Source of the DNA: an uncultured Planctomycetaceae bacterium
GTDB taxonomy: Bacteria; Planctomycetota; Planctomycetia; Isosphaerales; Isosphaeraceae
Reading direction: 5' to 3'
DNA length: 64,000 bases
NCBI GenBank assembly: GCA_963833985.1
Contig: CAWIAD010000002.1
Location: 1,280,001-1,344,000, forward strand
Both the position numbers and the translations under genes were made by a program. Of the stretch, positions 10,276-20,423 are shown one piece after another. The first letter of the stretch is position 1. The number at the start of each line of letters is the position of its first letter. The notes beneath the pieces are model-generated. The model did not search any database. It saw only the letters and a list, made by a program, of their open reading frames with translations, and had not been told where the DNA came from.

Positions 10276-11778
10276 TTACTTGGGCGGACCTGAAGCCGAG
10301 GCGGCTTCGTGTGGCTTGGCCGCGGCTTGATCGGCAGCACTCGACTCGAGGATCCGATCCAGCGCGGCACGGTCGTACAGGCGACCGTCGGCCACGACGG
10401 CGCGGATCCTGGTCGTGTTGCGGATGTCGGCCAGGGGATTGGCGTCGAGCAAGACGAGATCGGCCGCCTTCCCGGCCTCGATCGTGCCGAGATCCTTCTC
10501 CCTCCCGAGATACCGCGCCGGGTTGATCGTCGCGGTCCGGAGTGATTCCAGCGGCGTGAGCTCGGCCTCGACCAGGAGCACCAGTTCGTCGTGCAGGCTG
10601 AAGCCAGGGAAGCAGCACGGGTTCATCTCGTCGGTCCCGGCCAAAAACTCGACGCCGGCCCGCCTCATGGCGCCGACCAGCTCAAGGCTCCTCTTGAACT
10701 CCTCCTTCATCCTGGCGAAGTCGGCCGGCTTCATCGCCTTGAAGCGGAAGTCATTCTTCGGGTTCCAGAACGCTCGAATGAAAGGAGCCACATAATTCAA
10801 CCGGGGATCGTTGGCGAGCGCGGGGTCATCGATCCAGGCGATGGAGTGCAAGACGTTAAGCGTTGGGCACTGCCAGGTCCCGTTCTTCTTGAACCGGGCG
10901 AAGAGCGCGTCGGCCTTTTCCCGGCTGAAGGTGCTGCGGATCACCTCGCGCTCGCTCTCGACGACGGCCCGAAGCGTGGCGAGTCCCTTGGAATCCTTCA
11001 AGGCCTCGGCCCGTTTCTTCATCAGCTCGTCTTCGCGGGTTGAGCAGCCGGAGCGGATGCTGTAGAGGTGCTCCATGCTCTTCTGGCCGGCGTCGGAGGC
11101 CTGCGCCGCGGTCACCTGCTGCGGGACGTGCCCCGCGAAGGGGATGCCGAGGGCCTTAGCCTCGGCGGCGATCGCGAAGTAAGCCTCTGTGGGGATCAGC
11201 TCATAGACTTTCACGAAATCGGCCCCGGCCTTCTTGGCCGCCCGCACGGCCTCCCGGCCTTCGGCCGCATTGCGCACCACGACCGAGCCCGGCCAGATGG
11301 GGTTCGGCCCGTCGACGAGGCCGCTGGCGATCACCATCCGCGGCCCCACCGATTTCCCTTCGGAGAACGCCGTGCGCCAGTTGTCGTGGTAACGGGGACC
11401 GAAACCCATCCCCATGATCCCGGGATTGCCCCACATCACGCGCACGCCCGTCACGCCGTTGGCGACGAAGAGCGCGCCGTACGACTTCACGTGGAAGTGG
11501 ACGTGCATGTCCCACAGTCCGGGGATCAGGTATTTCCCGGCCGCATCGACGACCCTGGCGCCGGCGGGAATCGCCACTGCGCCCGCCGGGCCCACCCCGT
11601 TGATCCGCCCCCCGGAGATGACGACCGACCGATCGGCGAGCACCGAACCGCCCGCGACGTCGATCACCATCGCGTGCTCGAATGCAATCGGCTCCCGCGG
11701 CGGAGCCTCCAGCTCCGCGCCGAGGGCGAGGTGGGAAACCAAGACGCAAAGGCAGGCGAGCAGCGACGAGCATTTCAT
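10276..11778 (-). CDS. Secreted amidohydrolase family protein
   Basis: Signal peptide; IPGLWDMHVH, GADFVKVY, AGHVP, SMEH, LAGTD, GTIEAGKAADLVLLDANPL. Confidence 0.92.
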   Translation of the reverse strand: MKCSSLLACLCVLVSHLALGAELEAPPREPIAFEHAMVIDVAGGSVLADRSVVISGGRINGVGPAGAVAIPAGARVVDAAGKYLIPGLWDMHVHFHVKSYGALFVANGVTGVRVMWGNPGIMGMGFGPRYHDNWRTAFSEGKSVGPRMVIASGLVDGPNPIWPGSVVVRNAAEGREAVRAAKKAGADFVKVYELIPTEAYFAIAAEAKALGIPFAGHVPQQVTAAQASDAGQKSMEHLYSIRSGCSTREDELMKKRAEALKDSKGLATLRAVVESEREVIRSTFSREKADALFARFKKNGTWQCPTLNVLHSIAWIDDPALANDPRLNYVAPFIRAFWNPKNDFRFKAMKPADFARMKEEFKRSLELVGAMRRAGVEFLAGTDEMNPCCFPGFSLHDELVLLVEAELTPLESLRTATINPARYLGREKDLGTIEAGKAADLVLLDANPLADIRNTTRIRAVVADGRLYDRAALDRILESSAADQAAAKPHEAASASGPPK

Positions 11779-12367
11779 GGCTGGCCCCTTGTGATCGCGA
11801 ACCCCCTGTCGGTATCCCCCTCCGGGGAGAGGTCGGCCCAAGGCCGGCACAGGGGGCTCGCCGGCCGCCGGCCGCGGATATTACCACCCCGAACCCGGCG
11901 TTGTTTGCCGAGGAGTGACTCCAGAAGAGTGACTCCCCAGCGTACTCATCCCCGACTTCTCGGATCAGTTCGGGCGTACCTAGATTGGGGAGGATAACAA
12001 GGCCGAATGATCGTATCGAGGAAAATGTCCGGCGCCGGAGGAAACCGAGCAACCGGCCATCCTGAGAGCCCCAGCCCGGCGGGCCATCACCCTGCCTTGG
12101 CATCCCCCGGCCAGACGAGGTCGATCTGGGATGGAGAGCCAGCCCATTGCTACCAAGCGCGCCCGCCATCCGCACCCGACCGTCGTGATCGTGTTGCCGG
12201 GTAGGCAAACCGTTTCCGTTCGCTGCAATCCTCCGAGGTCAGGCCACTGGGACGGAAAAACAGGTATTCGCAAGACCGATCACCTCTGAGCCCTCATGCC
12301 CCTCCTGGCGACTGCGTCGGTCGGATCGACCGCCGCCACCTCGGTCCCATATGTAAGGCAGTAATAA

Positions 12368-13578
12368 TCAGCATTGAAAGAACCTGTCCCCAGATCGAGA
12401 AAACGCCTTGTAGTGCTGACGCGTCCTCTCGGCATAGCGGACTGCCGAGGCGATCACGGCATCGAGCCCGGGGCCGGAGGCCCACCCGGCCAGGTCGCCA
12501 CGTCGGTCGCGACCTTCCAGGCCACTACCGCGGCTATGGGCCGAACCGACGAGCCTCCCCGCGATCGCCACGGCGCGGCGCAATCGCTTCGGATGCCGGC
12601 GGAGCCGGTCCAGGCCGGTTCGGCTCTCCTCGGGGATCAGCTCGCGCATCCGATACTCCCGCCCGGCGACGTCGAGGACGTCCAGGCAAGCGGTCGGCTT
12701 TGCCTGCAGCCGCCGCTGCGCCTGTACGACCCGCCGGGCATCGGACACACCACCGTCCCGGTATCCCGGGTCGGCGCATGCAAGGAGGGCGGGGGCTCGT
12801 TCCTCCTTGATGTCGAGGATTCGACGCCGGTCGCGCGGCCCCTCACCTCGGACCAGCACGGCGTAGCGCTCTAGCCCCAGACTGCCCGTGCCGGCGACGC
12901 GAAAGGCGACATCCAGTACCTCGAAGCCGCGCCCTGGACCGCGTCCCGGATCCGCTCCCGCTCCCCGTGGCCGACGCCGAGGAACCGCCCCGATCGGCGC
13001 TCGATTCGCCGGCCCCCGTCGGACCGTCGCACCGTGAAGTGATCGAGGAATCGGACCTGCGTCGCACGGACGGGCCTCTGCAGCAAGTCCCATATCGGAC
13101 CCCGAGCCGTGCCGACGCTCAGCGCTCGGTTGCGTCCGGTCCTGGCCGACCGGATGACCGTCGCCCGGTAGCGGTCGATGAAGGCCAGCAGGGTGCGTAG
13201 GGCCTGGACCGGGGTGTGTTTCCAGAGCTGGGCAGCCAGCAGGATGCTCGCCGCGCAACGGACCAGATCGAGGCTGCACGGGGCGACGAGGGACTCGTCG
13301 AAATCGTTGATGTCGTAGAGGAAATCGCCGTCGTCGGTCCGGTAGGCGCCGAAGTTCTCCAGGTGCAGGTCACCGCAGATGAGGATCGAGGGGCCGGCGT
13401 CGGGCGGACGGAGGCGCGGCCAGTCGGCGGCGAACAGGTGGTCAGTGCCCCGGAAGAACGCGAAAGGATCCTCCGCCATGCGTCGGAATTTGAGCCGTAC
13501 GAGCTTCGCATCGCGCCCGCGGTTGAACGCGACGATCTCGTCGACGACCGATGATCGGGCGAGAATCGTTCTCATCAT
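12368..13578 (-). CDS. DUF2252-family (kinase-like) protein (frameshift ~12930)
   Basis: RMAEDPFAFFRGT, ICGDLHLENFG, DINDFDE, then in a second frame DVAFRVAGTGSLGLERY..LDIKE. Confidence 0.88.
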
Positions 13579-13930
13579 CCTCGCGTCCTCGAGGTGGGCG
13601 GCGAGCCGATGACCACTCGATCGTGCCCCCGACGTCCTACCGTACGGGATCGGCCGTCGGGGACCTCCAGGGATTATATCGGAGAGACGTGCCAAATGGT
13701 GCCCCGTCCAAAGCCCACGCCGAAGAGGCGGGCCGAGCACGTCGGTGGGCTCCGAGGCGACCCGAAGGAGCGGGAGTGACGCCATGCCGATCGGGCGTCC
13801 ATCGACCAAGCGACTGACGATCGACGTCGTCGGAGGCCCCGGGGCTCACCACGCGGTCATCGCCGCGGTGGACAGCGAGGCTGTCCTGGCCGGAGCCATC
13901 GACGTTGCTCGATTCGTGGGATCGACCGAG

Positions 13931-14977
13931 TCAGCCGGCGTCGGCGTATCGTCGTCGGCAGCAAGGGCACTCGCTGCCGCTTCCCTTCACCAGGGCCTGG
14001 AACGCCGTTGGCTGCGGCAGCGTCATGATCGCCCGGAATGCCAGCGGCGCCCGGTGGGCGTAGTGGCGGTAGGTGATCCCGCCGATCGAGTGCCCGAGGA
14101 TCTCCACCGACGACTCCGGCACGTGCTCGTCGTGGTAAGTCGCGCAGGTCTTGCGGAGGTCCTTCAGCTCCCAAGCCTCCTCTCGGCCGGTCTCGACGTC
14201 CATCCGGGGCTTGATCCCCGCGAGCTCGCAGAGCGACCGGAACCGGGCGTTCGGCCGCGCCCCGCCGCCGAGGAAGACCGGGTCGGCGGGTCGCGGGTCG
14301 GCCGGCATGATGTCGCGGAGGTGGGCGTGGACCACCCGGTTCATCGGCCGGTGGAACGGCTTGCCCGTCTTCACACGCCGGTAGAACAGCCAGCCCCAGG
14401 GCGACCGCTCCTTGACCTCGCGATCCGGAGAGTGCCGCTCCCACGAGACGTGCCGCCACAGGATCGGCTCGTGGGCCGGCATCGACTCCCAGACGGTGCC
14501 GGTGTCCACGCCGTAGTTGAAGAAGACGACCAGGGCGGCTCGCCAGTAGCGGCCGATCGGCAGCGGGGCATCCCAGCCTCGCGGCCGGCCCATGGCGTGG
14601 GTGGCGAAGTAGAGGGCGTTGATCTCGGCCTTGGTGAGGTCGTGGCGGCCGGCGACGTCTCGCTGCTCCCTGGGCCCGGGGAACCGGGGCGGCGCCTCGA
14701 TCAGCTCCTGCTCCCAGGCCCAGGACAGCACGGCGCGGAGGTGCTCGCGGGCCTTGTTGGCGGTGCGGCCCGGGTTGGTCCCCTCGTCCCCAACGGCCTG
14801 CCCGTGGACCCAGTCGAGGAACTCGCGGACATCCTTGCGCCGGAGCTGCTCGATCGGGCCGCCACCGCCCCACCGCTCCCACTTCCGGATGGTCGAGGTG
14901 TACTCGTTGCGAGTCCCGCGGGAGAGGCCCTTGGCGCGGAGGTAGCTCTCGGCCGCCGATTTGAAGGTTGTGGACAT
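13931..14977 (-). CDS. Tyrosine recombinase/integrase-like protein, atypical box I
   Basis: SAM-like N-terminus (LSRGTRNEY), VKTG, KDLRKT, ILGHS, YRHY; box I reads YGVDTG with no Arg. Confidence 0.8.
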   Translation of the reverse strand: MSTTFKSAAESYLRAKGLSRGTRNEYTSTIRKWERWGGGGPIEQLRRKDVREFLDWVHGQAVGDEGTNPGRTANKAREHLRAVLSWAWEQELIEAPPRFPGPREQRDVAGRHDLTKAEINALYFATHAMGRPRGWDAPLPIGRYWRAALVVFFNYGVDTGTVWESMPAHEPILWRHVSWERHSPDREVKERSPWGWLFYRRVKTGKPFHRPMNRVVHAHLRDIMPADPRPADPVFLGGGARPNARFRSLCELAGIKPRMDVETGREEAWELKDLRKTCATYHDEHVPESSVEILGHSIGGITYRHYAHRAPLAFRAIMTLPQPTAFQALVKGSGSECPCCRRRYADAG

Positions 14978-15456
14978 CCCTCGGCCCCCATCCATGAGGC
15001 CCGTTCGCCTAAAGTGGTATCCCCGTTCCTGTAGGTGGATTCCGGACCTATGAATCGGTCGACGGCGTTCGGGAAATTCGCGGAATCCGCCACGAGTGGG
15101 AGCGGAGCCTGTCGACTGTTCCGCCTGGGGCGAGTTGCAGGATGACTCGGCATGCCGGACCGAAGCGCGCAACGCGACAGTCGGTTCGGATGATAAGGCT
15201 ACGTCCTCGACAGCGGTTGAGGCGAACCGTCCGCTGTAGGCCATCCTTGACGCCCAGAGAGCGTGAGTCAGGGGAGGGCGGCGAACATCCAGGGGGAGGG
15301 AGCCGTTACCCCGGCATCTGGCTCCGGCGACGGCGGACGGATTCTGGCCGCCCGTTGACGCGTGCCCTTTCTGCGACAAGGGGCGCACTCGGCCAGGGAT
15401 GACGCGGAACAGGCGGGTATTTACTGCACGAGGGTTCGTGCGACAATATGTTGGAC

Positions 15457-15490
15457 GCGACGTTGCGAAGAGCCTGGCCGCGGTTTCGGC
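15457..15490 (+). repeat. 34-bp imperfect direct repeat of kinase coding segment 15748-15781
   Basis: GCGACGTTGCGAAGAGCCTGGCCGCGGTTTCGGC vs GCGACCTTGCGAAGAGCCTGGCCGCGGTCTCAGC (31/34). Confidence 0.85.
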
Positions 15491-15537
15491 ACCGAAGCCT
15501 ATCGAGCCGGGACGCCGTCGCGGTCCGGAGTCTCGCC

Positions 15538-18500
15538 ATGAGCGCCGCCGACCGTCATCTCCTGTTCGGGTTGCTCGCCCTTCAGAACGGCCTCATCGAC
15601 CAGGGCCAGCTCGTGGCCGCATTCCAGGCATGGACGCTCGACAAGTCCAGGAGCCTCGCCGACCACCTGGAAGCCCGCGGGGACCTGATCCGAGCTAAAC
15701 GGTGCTGCTGGAGGCCTTGGCCGACGTCCACCTGGAAGCCCACGACGGCGACCTTGCGAAGAGCCTGGCCGCGGTCTCAGCCGGCAAGTCGACCCGGGAG
15801 AGTCTGGCGCGGATCGGCGACCCGGACGTCGAAGCGACGCTGGGCCGCGTCGCCACGGTACACCTCCCGACCGAGGACGGCGACGCTGACCGCACGACAT
15901 CCTACGCCGTCGGCTCGGCCACCAGCGACGGCCAACGGTTTCGCGTGCTAAGGCCGCACGCCAGGGGCGGCCTCGGGGCCGTCTTCGTGGCGCTCGATGG
16001 CGAGCTGAACCGAGAGGTGGCCCTGAAGCAGATCCTCGACCACCACGCCGACGACCCCGTCAGCCGCCAGCGGTTCCTGATCGAGGCCGAGATCACCGGC
16101 GGGCTGGAGCACCCCGGGATCGTCCCGGTCTACGGCCTGGGCACCTACGACGGCGGCCGACCGTACTACGCGATGCGTTTTATCAAGGGCGACAGCCTCA
16201 AGGAGGCCATCGAGCGGTACCATGGTGACGCGACGCTGAAGGCCGACCCGGGGCGGCGGTCGCTCGAGCTGCGCCAGCTCCTGCGGCGGTTCACGGACGT
16301 CTGCAACGCGATCGAGTACGCCCACAGCCGCGGCGTCCTCCACCGCGACCTGAAGCCGGGCAACATCATCGTCGGCCAGTACGGCGAGACGCTGGTGGTC
16401 GACTGGGGCCTGGCCAAGCCGCTGGGGCGGGTCGAGCACGGCCAGGAGGGCGGCGAGCGCACCCTCGTCCCGTCCTCCGCCAGCGGCTTGGCCGAGACGC
16501 TCCCCGGCTCGGCGCTGGGCACCCCGGCCTATATGAGCCCCGAGCAGGCCCGCGGCGAGCTGGACCGCCTGGGGCCGCGGTCGGATGTCTACAGTCTGGG
16601 GGCAACGCTCTACTGCCTGCTGACCGGGCGGCCCCCGTTCGAGGGCGAAGACATCGGCGAGGTGCTCCGCAAGGTCCAGCGGGGCGATGTCACGCCGCCC
16701 CGGCAAGTCGACCCGTCGCTCGACAAGGCGCTGGAGGCGGTCTGCATGAAGGCGATGGCGACGAATCCCGAGGATCGCTACGCCTCCTGCCGGGCGCTGG
16801 CCGAGGACCTGGAGCGGTGGTCGGCCGACGAGGCGGTCGTCGCCTGGAGAGAGCCGTGGAATCGGAAGCTGGTGCGGTGGTTGACGCGACACCGCACCGG
16901 AGTCACGGCCGCCGGCGCCGCCCTGCTGATGGCGATCGTCGGGCTGGGTGCCGTCTCGGGCGTCCAGGCCCGGGCCAACGGCGAGCTGAAACGGGCCAAC
17001 GACGCCCTCTCCGCCGCCAACAGGCGGGTCGTCGAGGCCAACTCCGAGCTGAGCGAGGCCAACGTCCGCGAGCGCGAGCGGTTCAACCTGGCCATGGACG
17101 CGATCAAGCTCTTCCACGGCGAGATCAGCAGGGACCTGCTTCTGAAGGAGGAACAGTTCGGCAATCTCCGGGGCAAGCTGCTCCGCGGGGCGGCCGACTT
17201 CTATGGACATCTCGAAGAATTGCTCCAGCAGCGCACGGACTGGGATTCGCGGGCGGCACTCGGCCGCGCCTATGAGGAGCTGGGAAAGCTCACTGGCGAC
17301 ATCGGCACCTCGAACGAGGCCCTGGAAGTCGTCCGCAAAGCGATCGCCATCCGACGCGGCCTGGCCGCCGAGCCCGAGGCCGACGACACGATCAGGCTGG
17401 ACCTGGCGCGGAACCTGATCGACCAGGGCTTCCTCCAGGGATCCATGTCCGACAGGCCGGCGGAAAAGGTGTCGTACGACGAGGCGCTGGCGATCGTCCA
17501 GGGGCTGAAGCCCACCGAAGGCATGACCGAGCCCGTCTCCCTGGTCCAAGCCAGGGTCATGCACCGCATCGGCTGGTGGCTTCACGCGAGGGGTCGTGAG
17601 GAAGAGTCGGTGGTCTGGTTGCGCAAGGCCTTGGACCTCGTCGAGAAGGAGATTGCATCCCGACCCGCGGGCACGGGTGCGAGGGTATCGAAGGAGTCTC
17701 TGCTGTTCGCGGCGAACACGGTCCAGACGCTCACCTCACCGATGTACGCGCTGGGGCGATACTCCGAGGCCCTATCCGATGAGCGGCGGACACTCGAGAT
17801 GGTGAGCAAGGCGGCCGACGCCGCCAATCGCGATGATCCGGCGTTTCGACTGAGCTATGCGGCCTCCTATGCCAACATCGGCGCCTTGCTTCGGTCTCTG
17901 AATCGGCCGGACGAGGCCTTCGCGGCCTATCGATCGGCGCTCGCCGTCGCGGAGAAACTCGTCGATGAATACCCGGCGATCAGCAACTATCGCATGCTCC
18001 TGGCCAAGTCCCTCGGCGACTGCGGCCTTATGGCGAAGGACCTGGGCCGGGTCGATGAGGCGATCGCCTATCTCCATCGCTCGCGGGCGGTCTGTCAGAA
18101 GGTGGTCGACGACAATCCCGCCCGGGCCAGAATCACGGCGATCGAAGTGGCAAGAAGACACAGCACGATCGGCTGGACCCTCTTCGGGTCGGGTCGAGTG
18201 GATCAGGCCCTGGAGCAGTACGAGGCCGCCAGGGCGATCACGCAGAAGCTCATCGACTCGTTCGGCCGAGCAGGGAGATATCATGACGATCTGGCGACCA
18301 TCCTGATCAACATCGTCGAGGCTCAACGATCGCAAGGCCGTCTGGCCGAGGCGAGGGCGAACTGCGATCGGGCCATCGCGGCCCGGGAGCTTGCCATCAA
18401 GGCGTTCCCCCAGGTGTTACAGTATCGGACCAGGATGGGCGAGTGCCGCTTGCGATCAGGGCAACTCCGGGTGGCCGCCGGCGATCTCCCGGGCGCGGTG

Positions 18501-18821
18501 GCCGACTGGCGCGCCGCGATGGCATCTTACGAGGCGCTCCCGGCTCGCGATCGCCAAGGTGAACCCGCCATGTTCGAGGCCGGCTGCCACGCGATGCTGG
18601 CATCCGTGGCGGACCGCACCGGCTCGGGGATCGCCGGCCCCGAGCGCTCCTCGGAGGAGGAGGCCGCGATGGTGATCCTCCGCAGGATCATCGCGGGAGG
18701 CTACCACGACAGCCAGCTCATCATTGAGTCCTCCCTGGACCCGCTTCGTTCCCGTCCGGACTTCCGGCTCTTGATGATGGACGTGGCCTTCCCGGCCAAC
18801 CCGTTTGCCCACAGCGACTGA
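15538..18821 (+). CDS. Ser/Thr protein kinase with TM helix and TPR-like repeats (frameshift ~15702)
   Basis: N-terminus MSAADRHLLFGLLALQNG; GGLGAV, VALK, HRDLKPGN, DWGLAK, GTPAYMSPE, DVYSLG; helical TPR-like C-terminus. Confidence 0.93.
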
Positions 18822-19601
18822 GCGGCGCGGCCGGGCCTTCCCTACCTGCACGATGGCGAGAAGGCAGCTTCGGGCCGGCTGCCCTTGATCGAGTGTGCCT
18901 TCCGCCTGCAACGGCGCACTCAGGCCTCCGGCGAGGTGCTCGTCCTGTGGGACGCAAGCCACGGCGGCCTGACGGGATGGGCGCTTATCTCTGGCCTTTC
19001 TTCTGTCATCAGGACCTGCCGGAAGGCACAGCGGCCGCGTCTTTCGTACCCGATCGCTTAGCGTTTGCAGCCTCGGGAGCAGGAAATCAGCTCAGCTGCT
19101 GTCGTCAGTCCGAGGTCGATGGAGTTGCCGGCCCATAACGGTCGCCCCTGGTCGTTCTGATATCCCCGGGGCGCACTTCACTCGGCCTCCTCACGTGATT
19201 TCCACTGCGGCGGACAACGCAATCGTCCGAGCCAAAGCCAGTGACCCTGCGCGCTTCGGTCGGATCGACCGACGTACCCGAGAAGCATTTTCGCGCCTCG
19301 CTGCCTTTCTTCACGCTTGTCGCCCTCGCCGCGCGAATGGCTACGTGTGGTTTGTGTCAATTCGCCTGCAATGGCACGCGTTCCAGTGACATACAGGATC
19401 ATCTCACGAAGGCATAAGGTATCCGTTAACGCCAAGAATTAGCGAGGTGCCCGGCGGCGAGACCGTTGGCGAGCACCAGGCCCACGAGGGTGAGCTCACG
19501 ATGCGTGCACCGGATGTCCTTGGGCACTTCGGCGAGTGCATCTCCCTCGACTCTGTCATTTGCCAGCCCTCCGCACAGGTCTCTCCGCCGCAATACCCCT
19601 A

Positions 19602-20423
19602 TCATGGGACGCACCGGGGCCGGACTCCGGCTTGCCGCAGCAGCGGATCGAGGCGACGGGATAACTCGGGCAGGTTGTGGCTGGGCACTTCGGGGTACAG
19701 ATGGTGCTCAAGGTGGTATGTCAGCTCCAGGAACAACGCCGGGACGATCCTCCCCCGCAGAGTGTGGGTCTGCGAAAGCGGCGTATTGCCGAAGTCCCGG
19801 TGCGGCAGGTGGACCGTCAGCAGTGGATAGACCCAGCTACCGACGATCGCCAAAGCCGCGTAGACCAGCAGAACGGGTGTCCGGGGAAGGACCCAGATCC
19901 CGGTGGCCGGCACGGCGACGGCCCATGCAGCCTCGGCGATCAGCCATCGCCTCGTGGTGCTTCCCGGCTTGCTGCGCGCGTAGGACCAGCACCAGAGCCG
20001 GGGCAGAAACAGCGGCCCCCACAGGACCGCCTTCAGGAAGCTCATTCGCGCCGGGTCGCCTTCCGGATCGTCGAGCCCCGGGAATACGAGATGGTGCCGT
20101 AGATGGGTGGCTCGATAGGCATGGCCGCTCTCCAGAAGGACAGCGCCCATCGCGAAGAGGGCCCACTCTGTTTGCCCTCGTGAGAGGCCCAGTGATCCGT
20201 GGACGATGTCGTGAGTGACCGTGACCACCGCCACGAAAACCAAGAAGACCAGAAAAGGCGTCAGCCACCAGATTCCGGCGTAAGCTGCCAGCAAATAAGC
20301 TGCGACTCCAAGGAATGGCCGGACCAGGGCCAGTCGACGCTGGCGTCGCGTTGTCACGAGGAGATCGCTTCCAAGCATCTGTAGGCCGGGTAAGTCCGTA
20401 TCAGCTTGCGTCGCGGATGGCAT
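19602..20423 (-). CDS. Membrane di-iron fatty-acid-desaturase family protein
   Basis: Three His boxes HDIVH, HLRHH, HLEHH plus TM segments. Confidence 0.88.
   Translation of the reverse strand: MPSATQADTDLPGLQMLGSDLLVTTRRQRRLALVRPFLGVAAYLLAAYAGIWWLTPFLVFLVFVAVVTVTHDIVHGSLGLSRGQTEWALFAMGAVLLESGHAYRATHLRHHLVFPGLDDPEGDPARMSFLKAVLWGPLFLPRLWCWSYARSKPGSTTRRWLIAEAAWAVAVPATGIWVLPRTPVLLVYAALAIVGSWVYPLLTVHLPHRDFGNTPLSQTHTLRGRIVPALFLELTYHLEHHLYPEVPSHNLPELSRRLDPLLRQAGVRPRCVP

Noticed and set aside
11912..11935. Two GAGTGACTC palindromes upstream of the amidohydrolase
   Set aside because: Possible operator, but short, with no regulator nearby and no other support.
18949..18980. GGGACGCAAGCC..GGCCT resembling part of a c-di-GMP-I riboswitch
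   Set aside because: The upstream GGCAAA and GNRA-tetraloop stem are missing, and no downstream gene lies on that strand.
19426..19605. Short ORF coupled to the desaturase stop
   Set aside because: ATGA overlap is present, but there is no recognisable motif; it may be a degraded third gene.
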